This document shows, piece after piece, positions 1 to 11,874 of a DNA stretch of 64,000 bases. A model generated the notes under the pieces. That model saw nothing but the letters and a program-made list of their open reading frames with translations. It made no database searches and was not told where the DNA came from. A program made the position numbers and the translations under genes. The DNA comes from Octopus sinensis (Eukaryota), in contig NC_043007.1 in the NCBI RefSeq assembly GCF_006345805.1, positions 434,001 to 498,000 of the forward strand. Reading direction: 5' to 3'. The first letter of the stretch is position 1. Every line of letters starts with the position of its first letter.

Positions 1-5
1 TATAT

Positions 6-55
<50 letters not shown>

Positions 56-140
56 TCCAAACAGATATAGACACAAACATTCACATCATATGTGTGCGTA
101 TTTATAAGCATAGATATAGACTTATTGACATCTGTATGTA

Positions 141-403
141 TATTCTTTCACTTGTTTGAGTAATTTGACAGCGGCTAACCTGGAGCACCGCCTTTAGTCG
201 AAAAAATCACCCTCAGAACTTGTAAGCCCAATGCTTATTTATCGGCTTCTATTGCCGAATGTTACAGGGACGTAGACACGCCAACATCGGTTGTCATCCG
301 ATGATGGGGGATAAACACAGACACACAAATACATACATACATATATGTATGTGTATATATATATAAATATAAGTATATATATATATATATATATAATATA
401 TAT

Positions 404-466
<63 letters not shown>

Positions 467-603
467 GATGAGCTTCTTTGTGTTTTCGTCTACTAAATCT
501 ACTCTCAAGGCTTCCACTTGCCCAAGGGGCCACGCAGTAAGCCTGAACCCAGAACCACGTAGTTGGGAAGCAAGCTTCTTACCACTCAGCCACGCCTGGA
601 ACG
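141..603 (-). mobile_element. tRNA-derived SINE, family A (head AGGCGCAGGAGTGGCTGTGTGG..., internal TA/TG microsatellite), degenerate full-length copy
   Basis: Matches other family A copies in the window (11179, 14620, 51595, 52105, 54040): GGAGCACCGCCTTTAGTCG tail, GACACGCCAACATCGGTTGTC, and head remnant CTTACCACTCAGCCACGCCTG. Confidence 0.85.
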
Positions 604-1209
604 CATATGTAAAACGAGAATTCGGTTAAATGCCTCACAAGAGTGAACGAAAGAGGCGCTGCTTATACCGTTGAGCCTCAAGACGTAATCGTTGCAGTAC
701 AAAAGCAAATAATGATTTTTATATGATGTAAATACACGACTAACACATATATATATTCAGCACACACACTCACACGTTGTAGCGTTTCCATTGATATTGG
801 TACAATGGGAGTGGAGTACTTTTATATGTAATACTCTAGCATGATAAATATATATATAATTGTTTTTTTTACGATTAGAGAGATTTACATTTTTTAAAAT
901 TTAAATTTTAATCATGCAGCGATCAATACGAATTTAGTTTCCTATTAAGGAACTCCATAACGTCGATCAAATGATATTTGCAACAGAATATATGAAATGC
1001 ATACAAAAATTATTTTGTAATAAAATAAAGAAATACACATTGTATATATATTTATATATTAATGTATACTTTGAAATAGGTTGTGTATGCATGCATTTCT
1101 CTCTCTCTCTCTTTCTCTCTATATATAATATATGATAGATAGATTTATAAATATATTCGTGTATCTATCTATTCTTTATTCTTGTATACGTTTCAACCCT
1201 TAGGCTGGA

Positions 1210-1244
<35 letters not shown>

Positions 1245-1393
1245 ATTCAGCAGTATCAGCTACAATGAGTGTTAAACCATAAGCTAATTCTAGCTTACTT
1301 AAAATAGGTTTGTGACATATTTTACCTTCTATAGGTTACGGTAGAGTAAAAACACCGTTCCTACCAAGTGCTGCTACCCACGTCGAATTCTCA

Positions 1394-1658
1394 GACGTGT
1401 TTCTAGCTCTTTAACACCTATCAATGGGAAATGTCGAGCAAAGGCAACACTGGACACATTTCGTAAAAGCCGCGGCTTTAACTAAAACTGAGTGAAAAAC
1501 ATCGATTGAGATGCGCCATTAGACCGCCTGGTCGAAAACATTTCTAGAGTATCAGCGACCAGCATTGTTTAGGCTGTAATTTCTTTTAATTTTGTTATGG
1601 GTGTCCAGTGTTGCTTCCCCTCGGTATTGATAACATTAAAAAGAACTAGAAACGCGTC
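1394..1658. repeat. Degenerate inverted repeat (fold-back) with hammerhead-like remnants, PLE-type
   Basis: GACGTGTTTCTAGCTCTTT...GCAACACTGGACAC (1394-1457) is inverted at 1601-1658 (GTGTCCAGTGTTGC...AAGAACTAGAAACGCGTC). Confidence 0.6.
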
Positions 1659-1811
1659 AGGGAACCCGAGAGGGGGCAACACAGGACACATATGATGCTT
1701 TTACACCTTTGTACCATAAGAGAGAAATTTCTCTCCGCGGTAACCGCAGGCAATTTCCATTTTGAAGTTGAAATATGTCAGAAAAATATTACAAGTAACC
1801 TAATGCTCGCT

Positions 1812-1872
<61 letters not shown>

Positions 1873-2870
1873 CTGAGCGAGATGTAAACAGTAGCAATAC
1901 GGAATCGTAACATATAATTCCCAACTAAGTGTGACGCCCTATACGGGATAATGCTACGGACTTTTATAACCCCAGGAAGACATCTCTTCCAGCTGACTAG
2001 CGACACACGTTCTGTTTGTCGTTAGCCAGCTGTGTGTGTGTATCTGCGTCCGTGCGTGTATGCATCTGTGTGTGTATGTATCCGTGTGCAAGTGTGTGTG
2101 TGTATGTATATATGTATGTATATATGTATACATTTGAACTTCTCTTCACCCTTGTTGTGTCCAAAGAACTCCGTTCCTGCTCTCATGAATTTATCTAGTC
2201 ACTCCCTCCCAAAATATCAGCTCTTTGGAAATTTCCATGGTCCGACGCTGCCCTGAAACATTTCAAACTGATCTTTAACGCCACCAAGCGCAACCTTTTC
2301 GGAGAGCCTGCAAAAGTCATGGTCATTTGATCCTCCAAATTCAGTTCGTACAAATAGATAACATGCATTAACACAATTCGGAAGAATATACTACGTATGC
2401 GACAAGTGACATTGTCAAAGACTATAAAGGAAAAAAGAGATCTTTCCGCAATGGATATATTATTTTCAACAATCAACGCTATATCTTTAACGATAAATGA
2501 ATCTCTTAGAGATTAATGAAGGGACCTCCGTCGGTTTTGACGACGCGCATTTTCAGTTGTGTGTTCAACTGAACTACTGGTCATTATGTTGGTGCGTATA
2601 GTGGTTGAGTATTCCACCGATACGTTTACTCTTCAGGTACTCCTCAAGTAGAATAAGCATGACACAAGATAAATGGCTTCCAAACAATTTCCGTATTACC
2701 AACTTCATTCAAACAACTTGAAAGAAGGGAGAGAAAGAGGGGGAAGGGAAAGAGAAGAGGAAAGAGGTGGAGAAAAAGGAAAGAAGAAAGAAAAGGGGGC
2801 GAAACGAGTGTGTGTGTGTGTCCTGATGGTTTTGAAAAAACGTGGCGTTGAGAATGAATAATAACATTAG

Positions 2871-3052
2871 AGTTCTATATTTAAGCGATGAGGAATTATG
2901 TACATTGTTTACATTATTTACATTTGACAGATATTTGTCCTCATCTTATTTGTTGTTAACACAACGTTTTTGCTGATATACCCTCCAGCCTTCATCAGGT
3001 GTCTTGGGGAAATTTTGAACCTGGGTTCTCATTCCTAAGGCATTTTTCGATG
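2871..3052 (-). mobile_element. Penelope-like element terminus, family D, with core-mutated hammerhead (2958-3003)
   Basis: Same sequence as 20399-20669 and 55962-56092. The minus strand reads GACAC-CTGATGA-A-GGCTG..CAGCA-AAAAC-GTT-GTGTT, with GAAA mutated to AAAA. Confidence 0.7.
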
Positions 3053-3086
3053 TTATTATTATTATTATTATTTATTATTATTATTA

Positions 3087-3132
<46 letters not shown>

Positions 3133-3533
3133 CCGTAGTTTTATTTTTATAGTGTGCTTTCACTTCACTACCGAGCGCAACTCTGTGTTCCTTGGGTATT
3201 GGCTGTGGTTTGATGTGATGCTCTTATGGTTACTGTATTGAAAGTGTTTTGCGTAGGATGTGTGCAGTGCCTAGTAGTGCAATTTTCTGTATGTTATATT
3301 TGTAAATCCTGGTGTTTTTGTTATGTATTTCTCTGAATATTTTTTATCATACCTAATGCACCTACTATGATAGGAATTGTTTCTGTTTTTAGACTCCACA
3401 TTCGAGTTACCTCTATTTCCAGATGGTTCTCTATTTCTTTAGGAGAAACGTTGTCATCTGTTGGTATTGATCCATCGATTAGAAAGCATCTTTTTCTTCA
3501 GGATCTCTGACAACTATATCTGGCCTATTGGCC
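3133..3533 (-). mobile_element. R4/Dong-clade non-LTR retrotransposon 3' end (restriction-like endonuclease domain plus 3' UTR), 5'-truncated, followed by (TAA)n
   Basis: Manual minus-strand translation with frameshifts gives ANRPDIVVRD...LIDGSIPTDDNVS.KE...MWSLKTETIPIIVGALGMIKK...QKIALLGTAHILRKTLSIQ*. It matches the copy at 62338-62590. The tail tract is 3053-3132. Confidence 0.85.
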
Positions 3534-3647
3534 TTAATTTCTCTGTGTATTGTCTTGCTGAACGACAACACGCATCGCCGGGAATTGAACTTACGATTTT
3601 ATAATCTTGAGGCGAATGTTCTAACCACTAAGCCACGCGCCTTCACG

Positions 3648-3698
<51 letters not shown>

Positions 3699-3803
3699 TG
3701 TACGTATATATATATATTCGTCTGTTCGTACGGTGCTTGGTCACTTCAAACGAGCTTTCGCAGGCATGATGGGGGAGAATGTTAGTAGTTATTTAGCTGG
3801 CGG

Positions 3804-3865
3804 ACTTCGGCTGATGAGAAATCACGCGTCGAGGTGGCGATAAATTTCGAAACCGGTACCGAATT
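3804..3865 (+). ncRNA. Minimal type-I hammerhead ribozyme, canonical core, predicted cleavage GUA after 3858
   Basis: Stem I TTCGG(3806-10)/CCGAA(3859-63); CTGATGA 3811-17; stem II GAAAT/ATTTC; GAAA 3849-52; palindromic stem III ACCGGT. Confidence 0.75.
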
Positions 3866-4060
3866 GACCAGCATTTACTTGTTCTGACCAATTTGAGGTA
3901 AGACATTATTATTGCTCACTGATAATTTTTTCCTATCTTATCTGTAATGGATCTGTGACCTTTCGGTGGTACAGAAGTATTTTTTTACTTCTATCATGAG
4001 CGATATAGGTACTCATTTAGTACCCTTATGTATATATGTACATATCTAATATTGTATGTA

Positions 4061-4101
<41 letters not shown>

Positions 4102-4103
<2 letters not shown>

Positions 4104-4263
4104 ACGGGCTTCTTTCAGTTTCCGTCAACCAAATCCACTCACAAGTCTCTGCTCAGCTTGACATTGTAGTAGAAAACACTTGAGCAATGTGCCTCTCAGT
4201 GGAACTGAACCTGGTATCGGGGGCTTTGGAACAAGCTTCATACCACACAGCCACGCCTGCGCT
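4102..4263 (-). mobile_element. SINE family A, partial copy (head half)
   Basis: ACGGGCTTCTTTCAGTTTCCGTC...CACAGCCACGCCTGCGCT matches family A. Confidence 0.8.
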
Positions 4264-4751
4264 TTATATCTATTGGTATACTTAACAGGTAATCACTTTA
4301 TAAAAGATAAAATTTTTTCTTCACTCGAGCGCTATTCTGTAGTCGTTTCAGGTACAAAGGTTAATTAGTTCATATATTGATTGTTAAGTAGCAAATCAGA
4401 TAAAAATTTCATTTACCTTTTTCAAAATAGAGCAATTATTAAGGTAAATCTTCTGTGAATATTTAAGATAATTACTAAAACAGATAGATGATAATATGAA
4501 CACAATAACACACAAACGTGTACATATATATAGAAATTGTATATGTATATGTTTATGTGTGCGTATGTATATGTACAGAGAAGGAGACAGCTATGATTAT
4601 ACCTATACATACATATATAAATATATATATACATATATATTATATATGTGTGTATATAAATATATATATACACATATACATATACGTATATATATGTATA
4701 TATATGTATATATATATATACATACATACATACATACACACATACATACAT

Positions 4752-5184
4752 ATAGTGATAATTTACAAAAAAAAAGCAAAAGATGAAGACGCGTGTGTAA
4801 ACAACAAACAGATGTATTAGTTTAACGCTTGGAAATTGAGAAAGTCTTTTACGTTTCGAGCCTACGACCTTCAACAGGAAGGAACACAGTGATAAACAGG
4901 GAGAGAAAATAAAATAGAGAGAGAGACTTTCTAAACTTTCTTGTACTTTCTATCTCCCCTTCTTCCTAGCTCTCCTGTGCGACCCTTCTGTCCGGCGTTC
5001 GCCATGATAGATCGCTAACCACTACACACATTTGTTGTCTCCATGTTTCTCTCCTTGTTTCTCTCTCATTTCTTTCCTGTGGCAGAGCGTAGGCTCGAAA
5101 CGTTAAAGACTTTTTCAATTCCCGAGCATTATACTAATACATCTGTTTGTTTTCTGTCTTCGTCTTTTTTGTGAATTCTCCCTA
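4752..5184. mobile_element. PLE-type fold-back element with hammerhead-like CUGUUGA variant in both arms
   Basis: The left arm (ACAAACAGATGTATTAGT..GAAAGTCTTTTACGTTTCGAGCCTACG..TCAACAGGAAG) is inverted at 5070-5184. Further family copies lie at about 40370-40430 and 41800-41990. Confidence 0.7.
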
Positions 5185-5209
5185 CACATACACCCCCCAC
5201 CCCCACCCC

Positions 5210-5260
<51 letters not shown>

Positions 5261-5263
<3 letters not shown>

Positions 5264-5505
5264 AAATTTAGAGGACTGACCACTAGAAGTGGACAGCCTA
5301 TATGCTAAACATAGACGTCAAATCGCCATTTACCACGAAGAATGTGTTCTCAAAGAAAACTCTCAGCAAACAAAAAAATGTTTACGCTTTGGTTTTTTGC
5401 TGAGATTTTTCTTGAGAACTCATTCTTCGTGGTAAATGGCAATTTGACGTCTATGTTTAGCATATAGGCTGTCCACTTTTTTGTGGTCACTCCTCTAAAT
5501 TTTGC
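5261..5505. mobile_element. MITE-like fold-back element with arms of about 110 bp
   Basis: CAAAATTTAGAGGA..GTGGACAGCCTATATGCTAAACATAGACGTCAAAT..ACCACGAAGAATG is inverted at 5405-5505. A partial arm copy lies at about 6308-6385. Confidence 0.75.
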
Positions 5506-6495
5506 AAGTAAAAAAAGTTTTGATCGGATCTTTTAAAATATGCTAAGCCACTGGCTTTAATTGATTAATATCAATTTCTACCCTTATTTAATTATATGTA
5601 TATATATACACATACTCTCTCTCTCTCTCTGTCATACACGCAGACATACACACACACGCACACACATGTATATCATTCATCCCTATTTACTTTCATAATG
5701 ATATGCACATTAAATGACCAAAATATCCGCCTTCAGAATTCGACGTTCGATTTATTCTATCAATCCTATTCATTCCTATAACTGAAACGTAAGCAGAATT
5801 GATCTACTGTAAAGTCTTTGAAATTGTGTTCACATTATTTTTAGTCTCCAATAATATATTTCGAAAGTCATTCGGCCGCTTATGTATTTGATATATTTTT
5901 CTGTTCCTGCTTCAACCAGGACAACGATAAAGATACGTCCGTTTAGTTTATAGCATATCCGTTATGTGTTTACGTATTGAATTTATAGTATTTTACGTAA
6001 CTTATATCTTTATTATCTCTCGTCCGATCTCCACCAACTGCGGAGATTGTGTAACGTTATGATAGCTGAGCGGTGAAAGGACACTGCTCCAGAACTGGTT
6101 GGTTCCGGGTTCAGTCTGCGTGTGGTAAATTGGGGAGTGTGTGCTCTTCACTAGCATTAGGGGTACGAACGATTTGCGAGTGACACTTATTTGACGGTAC
6201 CTGGGAAGACGGTCAGATTAACTGGCATTTGTATCTTGCGTGTATCAGGTATTTCTTGATGTGTACATATATGTATGTGTATATATATATATATATATAC
6301 CAATTAAGGACTGAACACGAAAAGTGGACAGTCAACATGCTAGATATAGACGTCAAATCGCCATTCTCCACAAAGATTATGTTCTCAAATAAAATAAAAT
6401 TCAATATGTAGGTCCCGGGTTGAGTCGGGGTTAACCACAGTAAATAAGGTACTCGAAACAGTTCTAGTCCTGTAGAAGCTCCTTCTATAAAATAA

Positions 6496-6526
<31 letters not shown>

Positions 6527-6723
6527 GTATGCATGTATGTCTGTCTGTCTGTCTGTATGTATGTAAGTGTGCCTGTGTCAGCGTATTATGTAGATATGTA
6601 TACACAGATTCATACACGCACACATATACCTATTTGTCTATCTACCTATATCTCTCTCACACTCTATATATGCATAATATATACATATACAATATACACA
6701 TATACAATATATACATAAACAAT

Positions 6724-6772
<49 letters not shown>

Positions 6773-6948
6773 ATGTTAAGAGAGATAACCTCATTGAGAC
6801 CCAAAGGTGTCAGGTAATGCTGAATAAGTGCTATAGATAGACAATAGTTAAGTTCTAGATTCGGTGATTATGCGAATAAGGGTTGCCAAATTAGGTTATA
6901 TATCAGTGTGTGTATATAAAATTTTTTTTCCTTAACCCTAACCCTACC

Positions 6949-7337
6949 TTTTTTCCTTAATGAGATAAAAAAGGAATGCTGCGTACATTTTAGAACATTT
7001 ATAGATAGAAGGTCTTACAGCTGTTTCTAGGATATTTATTAATTATATCCCTTCATCGGAGACGGTGTGAGAGGATGGTTAAGTAATAGTTAATTTAGAT
7101 AAGATACAAAATAGAGAGTGAGGTGGAGGAAAGAAAATAGATGCAAGATATGTATCGAAACTCTACCTTGGTCACTATTTCGTATCTTATCTAAATTAAG
7201 TATTACTTAACCATCCTCCCACACCGTCTCCGATGGAGGGATATAATAAATATTCTGGAAACAGCTGTAAGACCTTCTATCCATAAATGTTCTAAAATCT
7301 ACACAACCTCGGTTTTTTTATCTCATTAAGAAAAAAG
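6949..7337. mobile_element. PLE-type fold-back element with arms of about 160 bp and hammerhead-like CCGAUGA variant in both arms (7012-7063 -, 7226-7273 +)
   Basis: TTAATGAGATAAAAAA..TTTTAGAACATTTAT.GATAGAAGGTCTTACAGCTGTTTC..GGAGACGGTGTG.GAGGATGGTTAAGTAATA..TTAGATAAGATAC has a near-perfect inverse at about 7175-7337. Confidence 0.75.
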
Positions 7338-7352
7338 CAATTTATATTATGC

Positions 7353-7389
<37 letters not shown>

Positions 7390-8910
7390 ATATATCCTTC
7401 TGTCTTCGGTTATATCAACATACCAGGAATACAAACCGTCGCCAGTCTGTTCATAGTGAGGAACACTTCGACATTTATATACTCCATCGGAGAAACTTTT
7501 TACTTAGGCCTGTCGTTTTGAAATTTTCTCATCAAATCTGAAAGAGTCATCCGAAACTAAGGAATGCTTTTATCTTTTATAATCTGGTTCATTATGAAAC
7601 CTTGAAAACGGAAGTGCACGTCGTCCCACCCTTAAAAATCTCAAATATATACATAGATACATAGATACGTGTACATAGAATAGTAACTTATATTCACCAA
7701 CACATCCTGGCAATCTTTATATCTATTATTGAAGGAAGCAGACAACTATGTTTATGGGTGGTTTGGTAACGCGCCCCCACCACAGCAGCACGACTCACTT
7801 TATATGTGAACAAATCTGGTGATCTTTATCGATATATTGATGGCGGGAAGTGTATAGAAAAGTATTGTTCTTTTGCATTACAACATAAAATATCATAAAA
7901 GATGAAGTACAACAACAAAAAAATAATAATAAAAAATAAATAAAAGAGAGAGAGAAAGAAAGATAACACTCCCGGCGCTATGTTTAGATAGAAAAATTCT
8001 TTATTCGGTTTTCCAATAATTCGATGTTATTTGAAATTAACTTAAATACGAAAATAGCAAAGCTTGCTTATACTTGCAATTGGTTATTTAGATTAGAACT
8101 AATAAAAACCAATGATGTTTTGTGATCAATGCTTGGCCTATCCTTTCTCATTGCTTTGAATCTATTGGAATGTAGTTTCGCTTCACTAAATCACTGGAAC
8201 ACATTCTTTGAAATCACAAAAAAAAAAAAAAATGGAACTAGTTAGCAAGTTAGATAATTTAGATTAAAATGGTAGATAGCTCGATAGCTTGCAGTAGTTT
8301 TCTTCCTCTAATTAGACACATTTTTATATATACGTACATATATACACATATATACATATATAAACACAGGCACACATAGACAAATGCATATACATATATA
8401 AAAATAGATATATATGCATAGTACGTACATCCATCCGTCCATACATCCATACATACATCCATCCATACGTACGTACATCCATCCATCCATCCATTCATAC
8501 ATACATACATACGTACATACATCCATACATACATACATACAGAAGGACAAACATATATGGTGCTGTGAACAACATATGCACCAAAGTACGGTTTTTTAAA
8601 CATCTGCCATTAATGTCGAATAGCTCAAGCCTAGAACAACACGTGTATGTGTGTATGTGTATGTTTTAATATGTATATGAATATATATATACTAATATAT
8701 ACGTATATAATATATGTGTGAGCGTGTGTCTATGTATGTGCATTTGAGCATATGTGTGTATGTGTGTGTGCAAGTGTATGTGCATGTGTAAATATTTCTA
8801 GTTAAATTAAATCCTTCTCTAATATTTCTGAGTGTTGTGTAAGTTAGAATTTCGCCCCGAGAAAATGATTTATTTAAACACTTGCGTCTACTATATACAA
8901 CTTGTCATCG

Positions 8911-8979
<69 letters not shown>

Positions 8980-9346
8980 TGAATGTATGCTTGTATGAAT
9001 GTATGCATGTATGTATGTAGGTATATATGTATTAAGGCTACCATTCGTTTGATGTGAAGAAAAATAATTTAGTATCTTAATAAGTTGTCAAGCGGATCAC
9101 ATTGTTAAGATATAAAGATAATATTCGATGATATAAAACCATTGGTAGCCTTAATAGACAAATAAAGAAATGTTATCCACCAATGAAGTGTTGAGCACTC
9201 ATTATCGTTGTTAAACATTTATGTGTGTGTGTATACATATATATATATATATCAGTAACAATAAAGGGTGAAATTAATTAATTTGGAATAATTATCAATT
9301 ACACCAAGTAGATTTCGGCATGTAAAAGCCTCATTTGAGGAAAATT

Positions 9347-9730
9347 TAAGTAATACTAAGCAATTAAGGGTTTAGCAACGAATTGCCTCACCAACACACC
9401 GAATTTAGAAATAGCAGTCAAAGAGATATAGCTATTCCTTCTACTAAAAGGGAGATCTCAGTAAAAACACAGCACTTGAAAGGCAAACACAGACAGGTAA
9501 GAAAGAATGAAATGACGGCAATCTATCATACCGTAGGTAACTTAAAATTGTATGATAGATTGCCGTCATTTCATTCTTTCTTACCTGTCTGTGTTTGCCT
9601 TTCAAGTGCTGTGTTTTTACTGAGATCTCCCTTTTAGTAGAAGGAATAGCTATATCTCTTTGACTGCTATTTCTAAATTCGGTGTGTTGGTGAGGCAATT
9701 CGTTGCTAAACCCTTAATTGCTTAGTATTA

Positions 9731-9734
<4 letters not shown>
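9347..9734. repeat. Perfect palindrome: 185-bp arms (9347-9531, 9550-9734) with an 18-nt spacer
   Basis: No mismatch found by eye. The ORF track shows mirror-identical ORFs 9383..9637(+) and 9444..9698(-). Confidence 0.95.
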
Positions 9735-10184
<450 letters not shown>

Positions 10185-11178
10185 GTGTTTGTGTGTACCT
10201 TCTTGACCGGCTTGATATTCCTTTTGACAGGTTATGTAACCGGTAGGGTTACATAAACTGTCATAAATGTACATAAGCCAACGGCCCACCAATGAATAGC
10301 CCGTCAGGCGAAACATGATATCGACCTAAACAAAATTTAATTTGATACAAAATTTCCATTTACTTTTAGTAGATGATCTGCTTTCAACAATGATCCGCTG
10401 CTTTTTAAAAAACATTCCTTTAAATAGCAACACCAATTTTGAATTAAAGCACACACTCAGATGAGTGTATACATGTAAGTGTTTGTTTGTGTGTGTGGTT
10501 TTAGCTCTATACTTGTGTAAGTGTGTTAGAAACTGCGAGAGAGGAATAGGGAAAGTGAATGAGATGGGGAAAAATCGTTTGGAAAGGAAGGCCAGAAACA
10601 CCGATGGGATAGGGTTGAGGTGAGAGATTCCCAGGTGCAAAATGCATTTATAGCGGAAGATAGAAGAATCTGCGAAATATAATTGGCCGGAATAGAATTC
10701 CAGATAGTACCAAAGCTAAAAATATGACATTTTAATTAAATTTTATATTTCTTTTATTTTACATTAATCAATACATATTCGCAAGATAAAACTATACAAA
10801 AAACGAAAACGTAGAGAAATGTAAAAATTCGAATATCGAGGTGTGATCAATTTGTTTTGCTTTGACCTAACTATGAAAAATTTGGCAGGTAATCATGTAT
10901 TGATCTGATGAACGAAGGTTTTATTTTTTTCTTCTTAATATTCTGTAATTGTTATGGAGGCCACACGCACACGCAGACATGTTACTCAACTCACTGCGGT
11001 TTAATGCTACAGCTTCGTTTTAATATTCCTTAAATCCCAAAGGAAACTCAGTACAAATACCTGACATTTTATGTGATTTGGAATAAATATGCCTATTGTC
11101 AATAGCTGTTCTGCTTTTGCCCTAGAGTGGGCAGTGTCACGGTTGAGTGTTAAACAAGTTTTGTTTATAAACATGTAT

Positions 11179-11600
11179 AGGCGCAGGAGTGGCTGTGTGG
11201 TAAGTAGCTTGCTTACCAGCCACATGGTTTCGGGTTCAATCCCACTGTGTGGCACCTTGGGCAAGTGTCAGCTACTATAGCCTCGGGCCGACTAAAGCCT
11301 TGTGAGTGGATTTGGTAGACGGAAACTGAAAGAAGCCCGTCGTATATATGCATGTATATGTATATATCTGTGTGTATATGTTGTGTATCTGTGTTCGTCC
11401 CCCCCCCCAACATTGCTTGACAGCTGATGCTGGTGTGTTTACGTCCCCGTAACTTAGCAGTTCGGCAACAGACACCGATAGCATAAATACTAGACTTACA
11501 AAGAATAAGTCCTGGGGTCGATTTGATTCGACTAAAGGTGGTGCTCCAGCATGGCCGCAGGCAAATGACTGAAACCAGTAAAAGAGTAAAAAGAGAGTAT
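11179..11600 (+). mobile_element. SINE family A, full-length
   Basis: tRNA-like head with A box (GTGGCTGTGTGG) and B box (GGTTCAATCCC), CORE-like GCACCTTGGGCAAGTGTC, and tail GCATGGCCGCAG..AATGACTGAAAC..GTAAAAGAGTA. Confidence 0.9.
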
Positions 11601-11874
11601 GTTTCCAGGTTGGATCCGGCTCTGTGTATCTTGCATCATAAGTTCTGATACGACCAATGGCATGTATTCAAGTGAAATTTTGTACAGAAAACTGCAATAT
11701 GGGTATACAGTTATGCAACATGAGTGAAATGTTTGTGTATGTATTTGTATGTGTTTGAAAGTCTGTGTGTGAGAGCGTATTAATGTGTTCGTGTGTATAT
11801 GTATGCGTGAATCTATATAAGCATATATATGATTACTTGTGTGAATTAGTAGAATCGATACGTTGAAAGGAAAT

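Noticed and set aside
2195-2510. Unique sequence with short open frames on both strands as a host exon
   Set aside because: There is no recognisable domain and no convincing splice-site pair.
6931-6946. CTTAACCCTAACCCTA telomere-like repeat (also CCCTAACCCTTAACCC at about 16571)
   Set aside because: Only about two units; the second case lies inside a SINE head.
9383-9698. Identical 84-aa ORFs on both strands as a duplicated gene
   Set aside because: They are a by-product of the perfect palindrome, start at a TTG, and contain no recognisable domain.
11179-11260. tRNA-like heads of SINE families A, B, C and E as tRNA genes
   Set aside because: They have A/B boxes but no full cloverleaf, and they continue into multi-copy SINE bodies.
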